DNA of 64,000 nucleotides from an uncultured Gammaproteobacteria bacterium (GTDB lineage Bacteria; Pseudomonadota; Gammaproteobacteria; JAIEPX01): NCBI GenBank assembly GCA_963725255.1, contig CAVRXV010000004.1, positions 27,322 to 91,321 of the forward strand, read 5' to 3'. Shown piece by piece: positions 19,601 to 28,029 of this stretch (position 1 is its first letter; each line of letters starts with the position of its first letter). The notes under the pieces were generated by a model. It saw only the letters and a program-made list of their open reading frames with translations, ran no database searches and was not told where the DNA came from. The position numbers and the translations under genes were made by a program.

Positions 19601-21543
19601 GCTAAATTTTGTAAACTGAGTCCTTCTCCAGATAGGTTCATTTGATTAATTAGTGCTGGAAGCCTAGATCCCACTTGCATTTGTTGATAGCATTTATATT
19701 GGCTTTCAAGATAGTGTAGTGCTATTGTATCTTCACCTTGTGTTATAAAAGCCCTTGCAACACATCCTTGCATTAGAGCCTCCGCTTCTAGGAACTCGAT
19801 AATCTGAGGTTGCTGACTAAAGTACTGAGCTAAAATGATTGCATGAGGTTTGAGTGTAATAAAGACCTCTTCCTCCTTGATTAAGGATATTTTTGAAGAA
19901 GTACTTATAAAATTTCTAAATATATTATACCACCGCACTATTCTATCTTGAGTGTTTTGTTTGCTTTCAGGTATTTTCAACACATCCTGCACCACTTGAT
20001 GTATACGATACATGTCAATTTCGTTGGCCTCTTCCAATAAAGACAGCGCTCGGAAGGCCTCTAACACCTCATTGATCTGAATTTCCGCTTCATCAACGGG
20101 CAGCCATCCACGCAATAAACTTTTTGGAATCGCTGCTTCGGGTGCGAGATAAGCGGTAGACATCAGTAGTGAGAATGCATGTTCATAAGTCTCTTCTGTT
20201 TTACACAACGCTTTTACCTGTTCTAAGGATAATTGGACAACAACCTGCATAGTAGCTTCAAATTTTCTTTTTCGTTTTTGATGTTCAAGTTGATAAGGAT
20301 CGTCTTCATAGACAGGCGTTTCTAAATATTTCTTTTGTGCGGAACGTAAAGTGTGATAACGCTGACAATATTCCATTATTGTGCATTGATTATTGAGAAT
20401 ATAAGCTAGCGCTTGGGTTAAAGCTAAGGGGTAGCGATCTAATGTTGTGGCCAACACTTCAGCATCAGCTTCAGTGACCATTTCTTTGAGAAGCCGACCA
20501 ATATAGCGCTTAGCATCCTCCATCGTAAAAACATCTAATAAGATTTTAGTAAGAGTAGGACCAAATGTTCGGCTATTGCGTGTTGTGATCAACACATCAA
20601 TTTTTCGTTGACCAAAACGTTCAGGTAAAAAGGATTTTACAATGTTATAATTGGGCGCATCATCAACCACCACCAATCCACGCCCCTTAGCTGCTAGCCT
20701 TTCATAAATTAATTGATGTAAGACTTCATCTTTGAGTTGTTTTACATCTAACCCGAGCGCAAGACCCAAATCAACGAATTGAGAGGATAAATTATTGTGT
20801 GCTCTTTGATCATCTTCGCCGCCCACCATCCAAATGACCCAGTCATAATTTTTTTCTCTAAATTGTAATCGCGCATAGTAATTAGCTAATTGTGATTTTC
20901 CGATGCCGCCAGTTCCTGCAATTTGTGAAATATTTTTATCGTGTTTTTCTTCTTCTGGAAGATCTTCTCGAGGTGCGATCACCTGAATCGCATTACGTCG
21001 TTCTCGCAGCATCGCTAACTCTTGATTTCGTCCGGTGAAATGCTCAAATTGAGGCGGTAATCGATATAAGGGTCTGAAAGTTTGTTCGAGAATGCGAAAG
21101 ACAAAGCGAACACCCGTGGATTTAATCTTTAAGTGATCCACTTGGTTTTTTTCCAAAAGCGCAATAAGTGAGGCGGTTTCTTCGTGAGACATTGAAGTGG
21201 GTGTGTGTTCTCCCAAAAGTCTTGATAAAGTAACGAGGGAGCTTTCATCTAGTGGTTGCTCAATGATAATTTCCAGAGGGGGCTCTTTTACCGTCAATGT
21301 ACGTCCGGCATTTTGACTCTGCGCATTGGAGTAAGATAAATGGACAACGCTGGATAATTCATTTATTTCAGAAGCCACGCCAACCGCACTATTTGTAATA
21401 GTATTAGAGGATGCATAGGCACTCGCCGTTTCTAAAATTTGCTCTAAATGGGGTAGCAGATTCACAACGATTTTATCATGATAATTTTTAATGCTGACTG
21501 AACTGAGTTGAGAAAATAAAGGCACTTCGCTTGCTGATTCCAT
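16621..21543 (-). CDS. STAND paralog D: family N-domain + NB-ARC-type ATPase + TPR array + OTU-like protease + C-terminal TPR-like helical domain
   Basis: 1640 aa. MESASEVPLFSQLSSVSIKNYHDKIVVNLLPHLEQ is ~85-90% identical to paralog B through the N-domain and NB-ARC. Motifs: GTGGIGKSQLANYYAR (nt ~20893-20916), LVVVDDA, ITTRN, YPLALTQA. The TPR array covers nt ~19700-18200 and the OTU block 17979-17346, followed by a helical-repeat C-terminus. Confidence 0.85.
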   Translation of the reverse strand: MESASEVPLFSQLSSVSIKNYHDKIVVNLLPHLEQILETASAYASSNTITNSAVGVASEINELSSVVHLSYSNAQSQNAGRTLTVKEPPLEIIIEQPLDESSLVTLSRLLGEHTPTSMSHEETASLIALLEKNQVDHLKIKSTGVRFVFRILEQTFRPLYRLPPQFEHFTGRNQELAMLRERRNAIQVIAPREDLPEEEKHDKNISQIAGTGGIGKSQLANYYARLQFREKNYDWVIWMVGGEDDQRAHNNLSSQFVDLGLALGLDVKQLKDEVLHQLIYERLAAKGRGLVVVDDAPNYNIVKSFLPERFGQRKIDVLITTRNSRTFGPTLTKILLDVFTMEDAKRYIGRLLKEMVTEADAEVLATTLDRYPLALTQALAYILNNQCTIMEYCQRYHTLRSAQKKYLETPVYEDDPYQLEHQKRKRKFEATMQVVVQLSLEQVKALCKTEETYEHAFSLLMSTAYLAPEAAIPKSLLRGWLPVDEAEIQINEVLEAFRALSLLEEANEIDMYRIHQVVQDVLKIPESKQNTQDRIVRWYNIFRNFISTSSKISLIKEEEVFITLKPHAIILAQYFSQQPQIIEFLEAEALMQGCVARAFITQGEDTIALHYLESQYKCYQQMQVGSRLPALINQMNLSGEGLSLQNLAIIRTLVSEQLISMGNCMMNIACVRLSLGNSQGAKSLLEEALRILELALGDQHATVNGCWVNLARSMQACGDPKGAKKILEKALPMLIKILGEDHVDVGKCFLNLGVATKSCGDPASAKDLIEKGWSILKNSLGNQHPTLGACLSILGYSNAKCGNYQEGKRQLEEALWILKGTFGENHVAVGGCYLNLGSAILLSDEPPQVAKTHFEKALYILKTKFGVNHCEVGMALMQLGWSTVLCGDHQRGKRQLEEALPILKSTLGEHNPEVGICLSNLGVATLLSGEPQVARTLQGEALLILRKSFGEQHVEVGKCLMKLGNASLSCGDLRGAKQNLDEALSILKYSLGDNDILINECHLDLYEINQTLDTEYGEELYILGNEKFKVGAYEEAINLLTKALPIFKNVSGAEHLDVGMCSMLLGSAMLACGELEAGKKHLHEALGILEANNHEAADIVKESLRDIEFVMIETLMHPSYTAESITTKKHQSVEEVNNTNARAASSVRRVTKFNNMLKRHGLFSHEKKNFSEQRSLFDKAIPVGFSLWEAKGKGDCFYDSCAQELNERAGENEYTIKSLRLLCHQYAVELDKRCNANPQHPDNWISKALNHDLRKYQEYLANVQYTVEERETGEGLGDDKLAIWGEVHIDGRILCEQLRVKLHVIEMRENPDDETNETQKFILSHNLVNERGLRNVEEDKIDWKDEKLLHIAVCNLHFVPILRNTAKQTSASDLDIGQYNDTDHYDTSLDGTDKSREIKAELTQFGKQSSTKGSQIALALNLDDSIPMPREKLQRVARECFELGLISEALALLSYILEIETSVDGLLLRAQCQLELHDFDEAAVTVSVSLCQALSDEHNREICTLLSDIDRCQLLVTTYHEKINTFQTKSFLSVDDQIQLADNFRCLRLFNEAIKILDQVAKNKPCDDKLFSVYFILAQCYYGLQQYEKAQKYCHDCYLIKKYIIVVGLSENIQSVITIIPKVKELLYILEQGSSRLLSL
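17346..17979 (-). repeat. Inverted-repeat copy 2 (634 bp) encoding the OTU-like domain of paralog D
   Basis: Reverse complement matches 15254-15887 apart from 3 substitutions (aaa/aag, gaa/gag, gat/ggt codons). Confidence 0.9.
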
Positions 21544-21569
21544 TGTGGTCCCCTAAATAAATAATTCTG

Positions 21570-23174
21570 TCAATGCATAAAGTTACAAGTTTGAGATCTA
21601 TCATAGTTATCCACGTGACTTTCGCAGGCGCTTAAATTCTGTGCTAAAACAGTTAAATGTGTTTCGAGTGCATGATGAATTTCTTGATCATATTCTCTAA
21701 TTTTTGAACGCGATAAATTTAAATAACTTTCAACAATTTCATTCCATTTCAATAGTGTTTTCTGAATTGACTCTGAGGTTTCATGATGTTTCAAGATATC
21801 TTGCACAGCTTTATGAATACGATAAGTAGCTGTTAGTTTATCTTCTTCAACTAAAGAGACTGCTCGAAGTGCCTCTAGCACTTCATCGATATAAATTTCC
21901 CCTTCATCTTCAGGTAGCCATTTCCCTAATAACGCTTTAGGTATAGGCACTTCGGGTGCTAAGTAACTTGCAGCCGATAATACTCTCATGGCCCGCTCAA
22001 AAACTTCTTCTGTTTTACAAATTATTTTGACTTGCTCTAATGACAATTCCACAATCGCTTTCATGGTGACTGCAGATTGTTTGTCACGAATAGTTGTCAC
22101 AGCTTGAGTTAATACCAAAGGATAGCGATCTAACGTTCTCGCCAACACCTCAGCATCAGCTTCGGTGATAGTTTCTTTGAGGAGTCGCCTTATGTAAAGC
22201 TTCGCATCATCCAACGTGAAAACATCTAAAATTATCTTGCTTATCAAGGGTCCAAATTTTAGGCTATTTCGTGTAGTGATCAAGACATCGATTTCTAGTT
22301 GATTAAAATTTTCGGGTAAAAAAGGTTTTACAAATTTGTAATTGGGCACATCATCAACGATCACCAACCCCCGCCCTTTTGCGGCGAGTCTTTCATAAAT
22401 TAATTGATGTAAGGGCTCGCCTTTGAGCTGATTTACTGGTAATCCTAATGCAAGACCTAACTCAATGAATTGAGAGGATAGATTAGCTTTTATTGTTTGA
22501 AGATCCCCCCCTTTCATCCAAATGATCCAGTTATATTTTTTTTCTCTAAATTGTAATCGAGCATAGTAATTGGCTAATTGGGATTTACCAATGCCGCCGG
22601 TTCCAGCAATTTGTAAAATATTTTTACCTTGATTACGTTGCGTTTGAAGCTGTTTTAATTCCTGTTCTCGTCCAATAAAAAGCTCTGATGGGGGCGGTAA
22701 ACAGTACAACGGGTTGAACGTTTGTTTGGGAATGCGAAAGACAATCCGAATACCGGTTTTTTTAATATTTAATTGATTCACGACTAAAGGGTTTTCTTTC
22801 AAAAGGCCCATAAGAGATCCTCTTTGTTCTTGAGACATTGACGCGGGAGTATGTTCACCCAACAGTTTTAATAAATTGACAAAGGACGTTTCATCCAGAG
22901 GTTGTTCAATGACAATTTCCACAGGTTGTTCTTTTAGAGTCAATATGTGTTCAGAAGGTTTAAGTCCTTGTTTGGGGGAGGATATATGTACAACACTAGA
23001 ATCTATTTTATTTAAAACAACGCCAACAGCATTACTCTCAATACTATTAGGTGGGGTGCGTAAAGTTGCGACTTCTAATATTGGCCTCAAGTGAACAACA
23101 ATAGTATTATTATAATTTTCAATACTGACCGTGCTAAGCTGAGTGAATAGCGGCACTTCTTTTGCTGATTCCAT
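21570..23174 (-). CDS. STAND paralog E: truncated (N-domain + NB-ARC only, internal ~40-aa deletion, no TPR); possible pseudogene or decoy
   Basis: 534 aa. Motifs retained: GTGGIGKSQLANYYAR (nt ~22581-22604), LVIVDDV, ITTRN. The GLPL region is degenerate (YPLVLTQAVTTIRDKQSAV) and lacks the ~40 aa present in the paralogs. The stop codon lies inside a copy of the leader sequence that precedes paralog D. Confidence 0.6.
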   Translation of the reverse strand: MESAKEVPLFTQLSTVSIENYNNTIVVHLRPILEVATLRTPPNSIESNAVGVVLNKIDSSVVHISSPKQGLKPSEHILTLKEQPVEIVIEQPLDETSFVNLLKLLGEHTPASMSQEQRGSLMGLLKENPLVVNQLNIKKTGIRIVFRIPKQTFNPLYCLPPPSELFIGREQELKQLQTQRNQGKNILQIAGTGGIGKSQLANYYARLQFREKKYNWIIWMKGGDLQTIKANLSSQFIELGLALGLPVNQLKGEPLHQLIYERLAAKGRGLVIVDDVPNYKFVKPFLPENFNQLEIDVLITTRNSLKFGPLISKIILDVFTLDDAKLYIRRLLKETITEADAEVLARTLDRYPLVLTQAVTTIRDKQSAVTMKAIVELSLEQVKIICKTEEVFERAMRVLSAASYLAPEVPIPKALLGKWLPEDEGEIYIDEVLEALRAVSLVEEDKLTATYRIHKAVQDILKHHETSESIQKTLLKWNEIVESYLNLSRSKIREYDQEIHHALETHLTVLAQNLSACESHVDNYDRSQTCNFMH

Positions 23175-23281
23175 TGTTGTTATCTCCTAAATAAATAATT
23201 CTGTGAATGCATAAAATTAGCAGTGCCAATTTAAATTAATTGATTAATCAATTTTGCAATTTTGTATGGGCTTTCTTTAAT

Positions 23282-26200
23282 TTAATTATTTGCAGGTTTT
23301 TCTCCTGCTATTTTCAAAATCGTCATGGCTAATAATTCATCCTTTTCTTCAGCCAACATTAAAGGGGTAATACATTTGAAATCTTCGCGAAATGGATCAG
23401 CACCGGCTTCAACTAACAGTTTAATGAGATTTTCATTCCCTTTTATTACTGCTAAATGTAACCCGGTTTGTCCCGTGTTTTCATCCGCTTGATCCACAGG
23501 AATATTTAAATGAATCAATAATTTCAAACCGGCTTCATCACCGGCTTCAACGCATCTGCACACTAGCAGAGGGAGTAGAGATTCCTGATGAACGGAATAG
23601 TAATTCATCAAAGCTGTTTTAAAATGATCGATAATCACAGCATTTCCAACTTGAAGGGCATGCTCCAGTGCACTGTGCCCGTGCCCATCTTTTACAGTGG
23701 TATAACCAATATAGGCAAGTAATAATCCTACATGCTCAGGACGTTGATTAATAACCGCCCAATGCAATGGCGTTTTTCCACCGCCTGGATTCTGATCAGA
23801 TTGATTAGCAAAAGTAAGATAGTTATCAAGTTGCAGCTGAAGCTCTTCAAGAGTTCCTTCCCCAGCGATCTGGCGTATTTCTTGTCCAGGGTCACGAACT
23901 CTATTGATTACCGGCCTACCTAGCACTCCATAAGATAGCCTGGCGTGAGCAGTATTTGCTTCGTCTATTCCTTCCTGGCAAATGCCCACTATTTCATGAT
24001 CATATCCATATAATTCTTTATAGATTCGTTGGGCAGTTTTGAAGCATTTAATGGCCTCTTCAAAATCGCTCGTGGAAAGATGGGCTCCTCCTAACTTGAA
24101 CCAGCATCTACCTACTGTTTCATTATTCTCAGTCAAAGCTGCAGTGAGTATGGGTAAGGCTCCTTTCAAATGCCTTTTCGCACGCTCGATTTCGTTACAG
24201 TCCAGCAATATTATCCCTAAATTCATTTGAGTTGTTCCTACATCCGCATGATCTTTGCCTAACATATGTTCAAGGACGGGCAAAGCTTTTTGGAGATAAT
24301 CCTTCGCTCCATGTGGGTCACCACATCTGAAAGCGGCGGTAGACAAATTCACGAAACACTTGCTTAGATCAGCATGCTTTCCACCACCAGTAGCTTCAAG
24401 AATCGGCACAGCCTCTTTAAAATAGTCCATTGCGATCTGGAAATTATTTAAACTCAAATGTACTGAACCTAAATTCATCAGACATGTCCCAACTTCAGCA
24501 TGCCTTTCTCCTAAAGTCTTTTGGAGGATATGTAAAGCTGATGTCAAATGCTCCAAGCTTTTTTGGAGGATGGCTAAAGCGTATGTCACATGCTCCTTGC
24601 CCATCTGAGGAGTGCCACACAGCATTATGGCCATGCCCAAATTCATTTTGCAGATTCCTACATTTGAATGGTTCTCTCCCACGGCAGATTGTATTATTGG
24701 TAGGGCCTCTTCAAAATACCCTTTTGCAATTTGCGCATTACCATACGCTAAGTTAACCACGCCTAAATTCATACGACATAATCCTACGTGCGCATGCTCT
24801 CGCCCGAAGGTGGCTTCTAGAATCGGTAGCGCAGATTCCCAACACTTCTTTGCTGTCTTATTATCTCCTTGCTTGAAAGTGATTCCGCCTAGATTCGACA
24901 AGCAGCCAGCTACATCACAATGCTGTTCACCCAACTTCGCATTAAAAATTGACAAGGCTTTTTCTACAGAATCTTTCGCCTGTTCTAATTCACCGCATGC
25001 CAGCGCAGCCATTCCTAAATTCATTAGGCAGTAGCCAACGTCCGTCGCATCTTCACCCGCTGTGGCTTGCAGAATTAACAAAGCATCTTTCAAGTGTCGC
25101 TTTGATTCTTCTGGATCCCCACAGGATCGTGCAGCAATTCCTAAATTTGAAAGATAATATCCTTCTTCTTGCTTCATAGTATTCCTAATTGAGAGCTGAC
25201 GATAACATTTCAGGGCATCTTCATAATAAGATTTTGCGATCTTCTCTTTCCCCTTATATCTCGAAGCATGTCCCGTCTTCGTATATATTGCTGACTCTGC
25301 CAGTAGAATATCATCAGCACGCGGCTGTTGACTCAAAAACTGACCTAAAACGATTAAATGTGCTTCTAGTGATTTATGTTTCTCTTCGTATATTGCTCTA
25401 AATTTTGAACCGGAAGAAATTACGAAACTATCAAGTATTTCACCCCATTTCAATAGTCTCGCTCGTGTATCTATAGGAGTTTCTTCAAGTCTCAAGGTAT
25501 CTTGCACCGCTTGATGGATACGATACGTGGCATTTTCGCCAGACTCTTCGAGTAATGAAAGAGCACGAATGGCTTCTAACACCTCGTTGATCTGAATTTC
25601 CGCTTCATCATCTGGCAGCCATTTTCCTAATATCCCTTTAGGGATATCCGCTTCAGGCGCCAGATAGGTGCTTGCGAGTAACACGCGGGTTGCACGCTCA
25701 AAAGTTTCTTCCGTTTTACAAATATTTTTGACTTGCTCTAATGACAATTCCACAACTGCTTTCATGGTGGCTTCAAATTTTCTTTTTCGTTTTTGATGCT
25801 CAAGTTGATAAGGATCGTCTTCATACCCTGGCGTCTCTAAATATTTCTTTTGAGCAGCCCGTAACGTGTTATAACGCTGACAATACTCGTCTATGGTGCA
25901 CTGATTATTAAGAATATAAGCGAGCGCTTGGGTTAACGCTAAAGGATAGCGATCTAATGTGGTGGCTAACTGTTCGGCCTCCGCATCAGTGCAGGTGTCT
26001 TTGAGTAGCCTGCCTATGTATCGTTTTGCATCATCTAGGGTAAAGACATCTAATAAAATCTTGGTAATCACAGAATCGTAGGTATGGCTATTGCGTGTGG
26101 TGATGAGGACATCCATGTCGGGATGTCCAAAACTTTCGGGTAAAAAAGGTTTCACTACAGCGTGATTAGGCACATCATCCACCACGACTAACCCTCGTCC

Positions 26201-27058
26201 TTTGGCACCGAGCCTTTGATAAATTAATTGATATAAGGCTACGTCTTTGAGTTGTTTAACATCTAACCCCAGCGCAAGCCCCAAATCTGCAAATTGAGAC
26301 GCTAAATTATTGAGTGCTCTTTGATCATCTTCGCCGCCCGTCATCCATATAACCCAGTCATACTTTTTATCTCTGAACTGTGCGCGAGCATAGAAATTGG
26401 CTAATTGCGATTTTCCGATGCCACCGGTTCCGGCTATTTGGGAAAACTGTTTATCGTGTTTTTCTTCTTGCGTTTGATTTTCACGAGGAGCGATGACTTT
26501 AACGGAATCACGACCTTCCCGAAGCATCGTTAATTCTTCTTGGCGTCCGGTAAAATGTTCAAACTGAGGGGGTAGCCGATATAAGGGCCTGAAGGTTTGT
26601 TCGAGAATGCGAAAGACAAAGCGAACACCCGTGGATTTAATCTTTAAGTGATCCACTTGGTTTTTTTCCAAAAGCGCAATAAGCGATGCGGTTTCTTCGT
26701 GAGACATTGAAGTGGGTGTGTGTTCGCCCAAAAGTCTTGATAAATTAACGAGCGAGTTTTCATCCAGTGGTTGCTCGATTACAATTTCAATAGGTTTTTC
26801 TTTTACAGATAATGTCTGTCCCGAGATTTTACTTTCTAATTTAGACTGAGATAAAGTCACCACAGAAGAATTTTCTTCAATCTTTGTAGCGACTCCCACT
26901 GCTGCACTTGTTAGTATATTATGTGCTGCATGGGTTTCCGCAACACCTAATATATTACTTAGCTGTGGTAAAAGAGTTACAATTACTTCGTCTGAATAGT
27001 TTTTGATAGTGACCAGACTCAATTCTGATAATATTGTTAATTCTTTTTTACTATCCAT
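23282..27058 (-). CDS. STAND paralog F: family N-domain + NB-ARC-type ATPase + TPR array + C-terminal ankyrin repeats
   Basis: 1258 aa. MDSKKELTILSELSLVTIKNY; GTGGIGKSQLANFYAR (nt ~26408-26431), LVVVDDV, ITTRN, YPLALTQA, then TPR units. ANK repeats: GKTPLHWAVINQRPEHVGLLL and GQTGLHLAVIKGNENLIKLLVEAGADP. Confidence 0.85.
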   Translation of the reverse strand: MDSKKELTILSELSLVTIKNYSDEVIVTLLPQLSNILGVAETHAAHNILTSAAVGVATKIEENSSVVTLSQSKLESKISGQTLSVKEKPIEIVIEQPLDENSLVNLSRLLGEHTPTSMSHEETASLIALLEKNQVDHLKIKSTGVRFVFRILEQTFRPLYRLPPQFEHFTGRQEELTMLREGRDSVKVIAPRENQTQEEKHDKQFSQIAGTGGIGKSQLANFYARAQFRDKKYDWVIWMTGGEDDQRALNNLASQFADLGLALGLDVKQLKDVALYQLIYQRLGAKGRGLVVVDDVPNHAVVKPFLPESFGHPDMDVLITTRNSHTYDSVITKILLDVFTLDDAKRYIGRLLKDTCTDAEAEQLATTLDRYPLALTQALAYILNNQCTIDEYCQRYNTLRAAQKKYLETPGYEDDPYQLEHQKRKRKFEATMKAVVELSLEQVKNICKTEETFERATRVLLASTYLAPEADIPKGILGKWLPDDEAEIQINEVLEAIRALSLLEESGENATYRIHQAVQDTLRLEETPIDTRARLLKWGEILDSFVISSGSKFRAIYEEKHKSLEAHLIVLGQFLSQQPRADDILLAESAIYTKTGHASRYKGKEKIAKSYYEDALKCYRQLSIRNTMKQEEGYYLSNLGIAARSCGDPEESKRHLKDALLILQATAGEDATDVGYCLMNLGMAALACGELEQAKDSVEKALSIFNAKLGEQHCDVAGCLSNLGGITFKQGDNKTAKKCWESALPILEATFGREHAHVGLCRMNLGVVNLAYGNAQIAKGYFEEALPIIQSAVGENHSNVGICKMNLGMAIMLCGTPQMGKEHVTYALAILQKSLEHLTSALHILQKTLGERHAEVGTCLMNLGSVHLSLNNFQIAMDYFKEAVPILEATGGGKHADLSKCFVNLSTAAFRCGDPHGAKDYLQKALPVLEHMLGKDHADVGTTQMNLGIILLDCNEIERAKRHLKGALPILTAALTENNETVGRCWFKLGGAHLSTSDFEEAIKCFKTAQRIYKELYGYDHEIVGICQEGIDEANTAHARLSYGVLGRPVINRVRDPGQEIRQIAGEGTLEELQLQLDNYLTFANQSDQNPGGGKTPLHWAVINQRPEHVGLLLAYIGYTTVKDGHGHSALEHALQVGNAVIIDHFKTALMNYYSVHQESLLPLLVCRCVEAGDEAGLKLLIHLNIPVDQADENTGQTGLHLAVIKGNENLIKLLVEAGADPFREDFKCITPLMLAEEKDELLAMTILKIAGEKPANN

Positions 27059-27126
27059 AGTGAATCTCCATTGGTTTCAATTTTGCGGTAAGGTTGGTGG
27101 AAATGAACGAGTTATTTGAAGCGTTC

Positions 27127-27966
27127 CTAGCTTTCAATTTCACTCTTTAATAAATAAAATCCGTCATCTATTAAGATACGTATAATGTCCTCTTTGCGAT
27201 CGCACCCCAACTTAACTTTAATGCTTTGAAAATAGGTTTCAACCGTTCTCCTCGAAATATTCATCTTTAGCCCCGTTTCCTCGGCAGTATATCGGTTAAC
27301 ATAATTTATTATACAGGTAACTTCTTGTCTTGATAATTTTGCCCCATAATATTCGTCAGATTTCAATCTATACTTTCTAATCGGCATTTCCCTAATTGCC
27401 CTCAATCGATCTTTATCATCAAAGTACGGATTAATATCACTTTGATTGGCTTCAACAATCTTTTTTGCGGGCAACTTCACTTTTTCTTCTTCAGCCTTCT
27501 TGATCAATGCTTCAGCCCTATCCTCAAAATACACAATAAAGCGTTCAAGTATGTCGCCATGATTCAGATAGAAATTAATGATACTAGGATTGTCTTGAGT
27601 TGTGGAAAAAAAGTAATAGTCGGTGTAATTTTTTCGTGTTTTTATATATGTCACGCCATGATCGCTATTATAGCGTTCTTTAGCTAAATCAAATACAAGC
27701 AAATTTTTGTCTTTTGGCCAAATGACACTACACGATTTGTAATCGTTCGGAGGGTTTGAAATGAACTGACGATACAATTGATTGCTATAATAATCTTCGA
27801 CCCACCCTACAATATTAGATAAATAGATTTGATATCCGTTAGTATAATTTCGCATAAAGGTTATGTAATTGATGCCCACCTTTTTCAATGGAGACAAGAT
27901 TGCATCCATATCTGCAGCTGAACTCAAAAAAATATGGCTTTTTGGAAGCAATATACCTTCAGACAT
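27127..27966 (-). CDS. LuxR-family transcriptional regulator (C-terminal HTH; N-terminal ligand-binding-like domain)
   Basis: C-terminus LSRQEVTCIINYVNRYTAEETGLKMNISRRTVETYFQSIKVKLGCDRKEDII fits the LuxR/GerE HTH pattern. Embedded between STAND paralog F and the family remnant. Confidence 0.75.
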   Translation of the reverse strand: MSEGILLPKSHIFLSSAADMDAILSPLKKVGINYITFMRNYTNGYQIYLSNIVGWVEDYYSNQLYRQFISNPPNDYKSCSVIWPKDKNLLVFDLAKERYNSDHGVTYIKTRKNYTDYYFFSTTQDNPSIINFYLNHGDILERFIVYFEDRAEALIKKAEEEKVKLPAKKIVEANQSDINPYFDDKDRLRAIREMPIRKYRLKSDEYYGAKLSRQEVTCIINYVNRYTAEETGLKMNISRRTVETYFQSIKVKLGCDRKEDIIRILIDDGFYLLKSEIES

Positions 27967-28029
27967 TGTTAACCTATTAATGTTTACGAAGTAAATTTGC
28001 TAATACATTGTAAATTTCATTGTAATCCA

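Noticed and set aside
23238-23253. 16-bp perfect palindrome aattgattaatcaatt upstream of paralog E, resembling the loop of the rho-distal hairpin; possible operator
   Set aside because: It is a single occurrence in very AT-rich DNA. It is not repeated upstream of the other paralogs, so the evidence is insufficient for a regulatory call.
24039-25401. Series of antisense ORFs across the TPR arrays (also 5577-5843, 9539-10639, 18266-19645), some with their own periodic motifs such as PKFI(R/L)
   Set aside because: Their periodicity mirrors the 42-aa TPR repeat on the opposite strand, and open reverse frames are expected there. None has start or RBS support.
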